Source: Camelus dromedarius
Lineage: Eukaryota
Direction of reading: 5' to 3'
NCBI RefSeq assembly: GCF_036321535.1
Contig: NC_087472.1
Span: 99,884,001-99,948,000, forward strand
DNA: 64,000 nucleotides
A program made the position numbers and the translations under genes. How positions within the stretch are numbered: position 1 is the stretch's first letter; each line of letters opens with the position of its first letter. Below the pieces are notes generated by a model that ran no database searches, had not been told where the DNA came from, and saw only the letters and a list, made by a program, of their open reading frames with translations. Below, piece after piece: positions 63,934-64,000 of this stretch.

Positions 63934-64000
63934 TTCAAAATAAAGTTTTAATAAATGTACATAAAATCAGATCAAGAAGGGGTTTAAACAGGTATTTGTA

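Noticed and set aside
1..64000. Prokaryotic-type systems (CRISPR arrays, operons, defence islands) or an intact autonomous retroelement
   Set aside because: The sequence is mammalian intron; there are no regularly spaced repeat-spacer arrays and no long ORFs, and all LINE/LTR pieces are truncated and decayed.

Overview
This window is mammalian genomic DNA, most likely camelid given Vic-1-type tRNA-derived SINEs. It lies inside the + strand gene SH3KBP1 (CIN85/Ruk; X-linked in placental mammals). Two coding exons are recognisable: the alternative first exon of the SH3A-less isoform (MEFSTAKAPSAADASES, 5101-5151, behind a GC-box promoter) and the 124-nt exon [10 protein letters not shown]...TNKR(G) at 46833-46956, joined by a ~41.7-kb phase-0 intron. 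The rest is intron containing L1, L2, L3/CR1, MIR, MLT1 LTRs, hAT/Tigger MITEs, microsatellites and a sense-oriented, 5'-truncated VRK1 processed pseudogene (32481-33042). Nearly all ORFs in the supplied track look spurious. I see no convincing new biological system. The best leads are a frame-preserving cassette or recursive-splicing exon candidate (37558-37623), possible in-frame exonisation of the VRK1 retrocopy, a candidate internal first exon (~45420-45654), a 41-bp locally templated insertion, and several nested or twin-primed insertions. Gene and repeat-family names come from my recall of known sequences, not from database searches.
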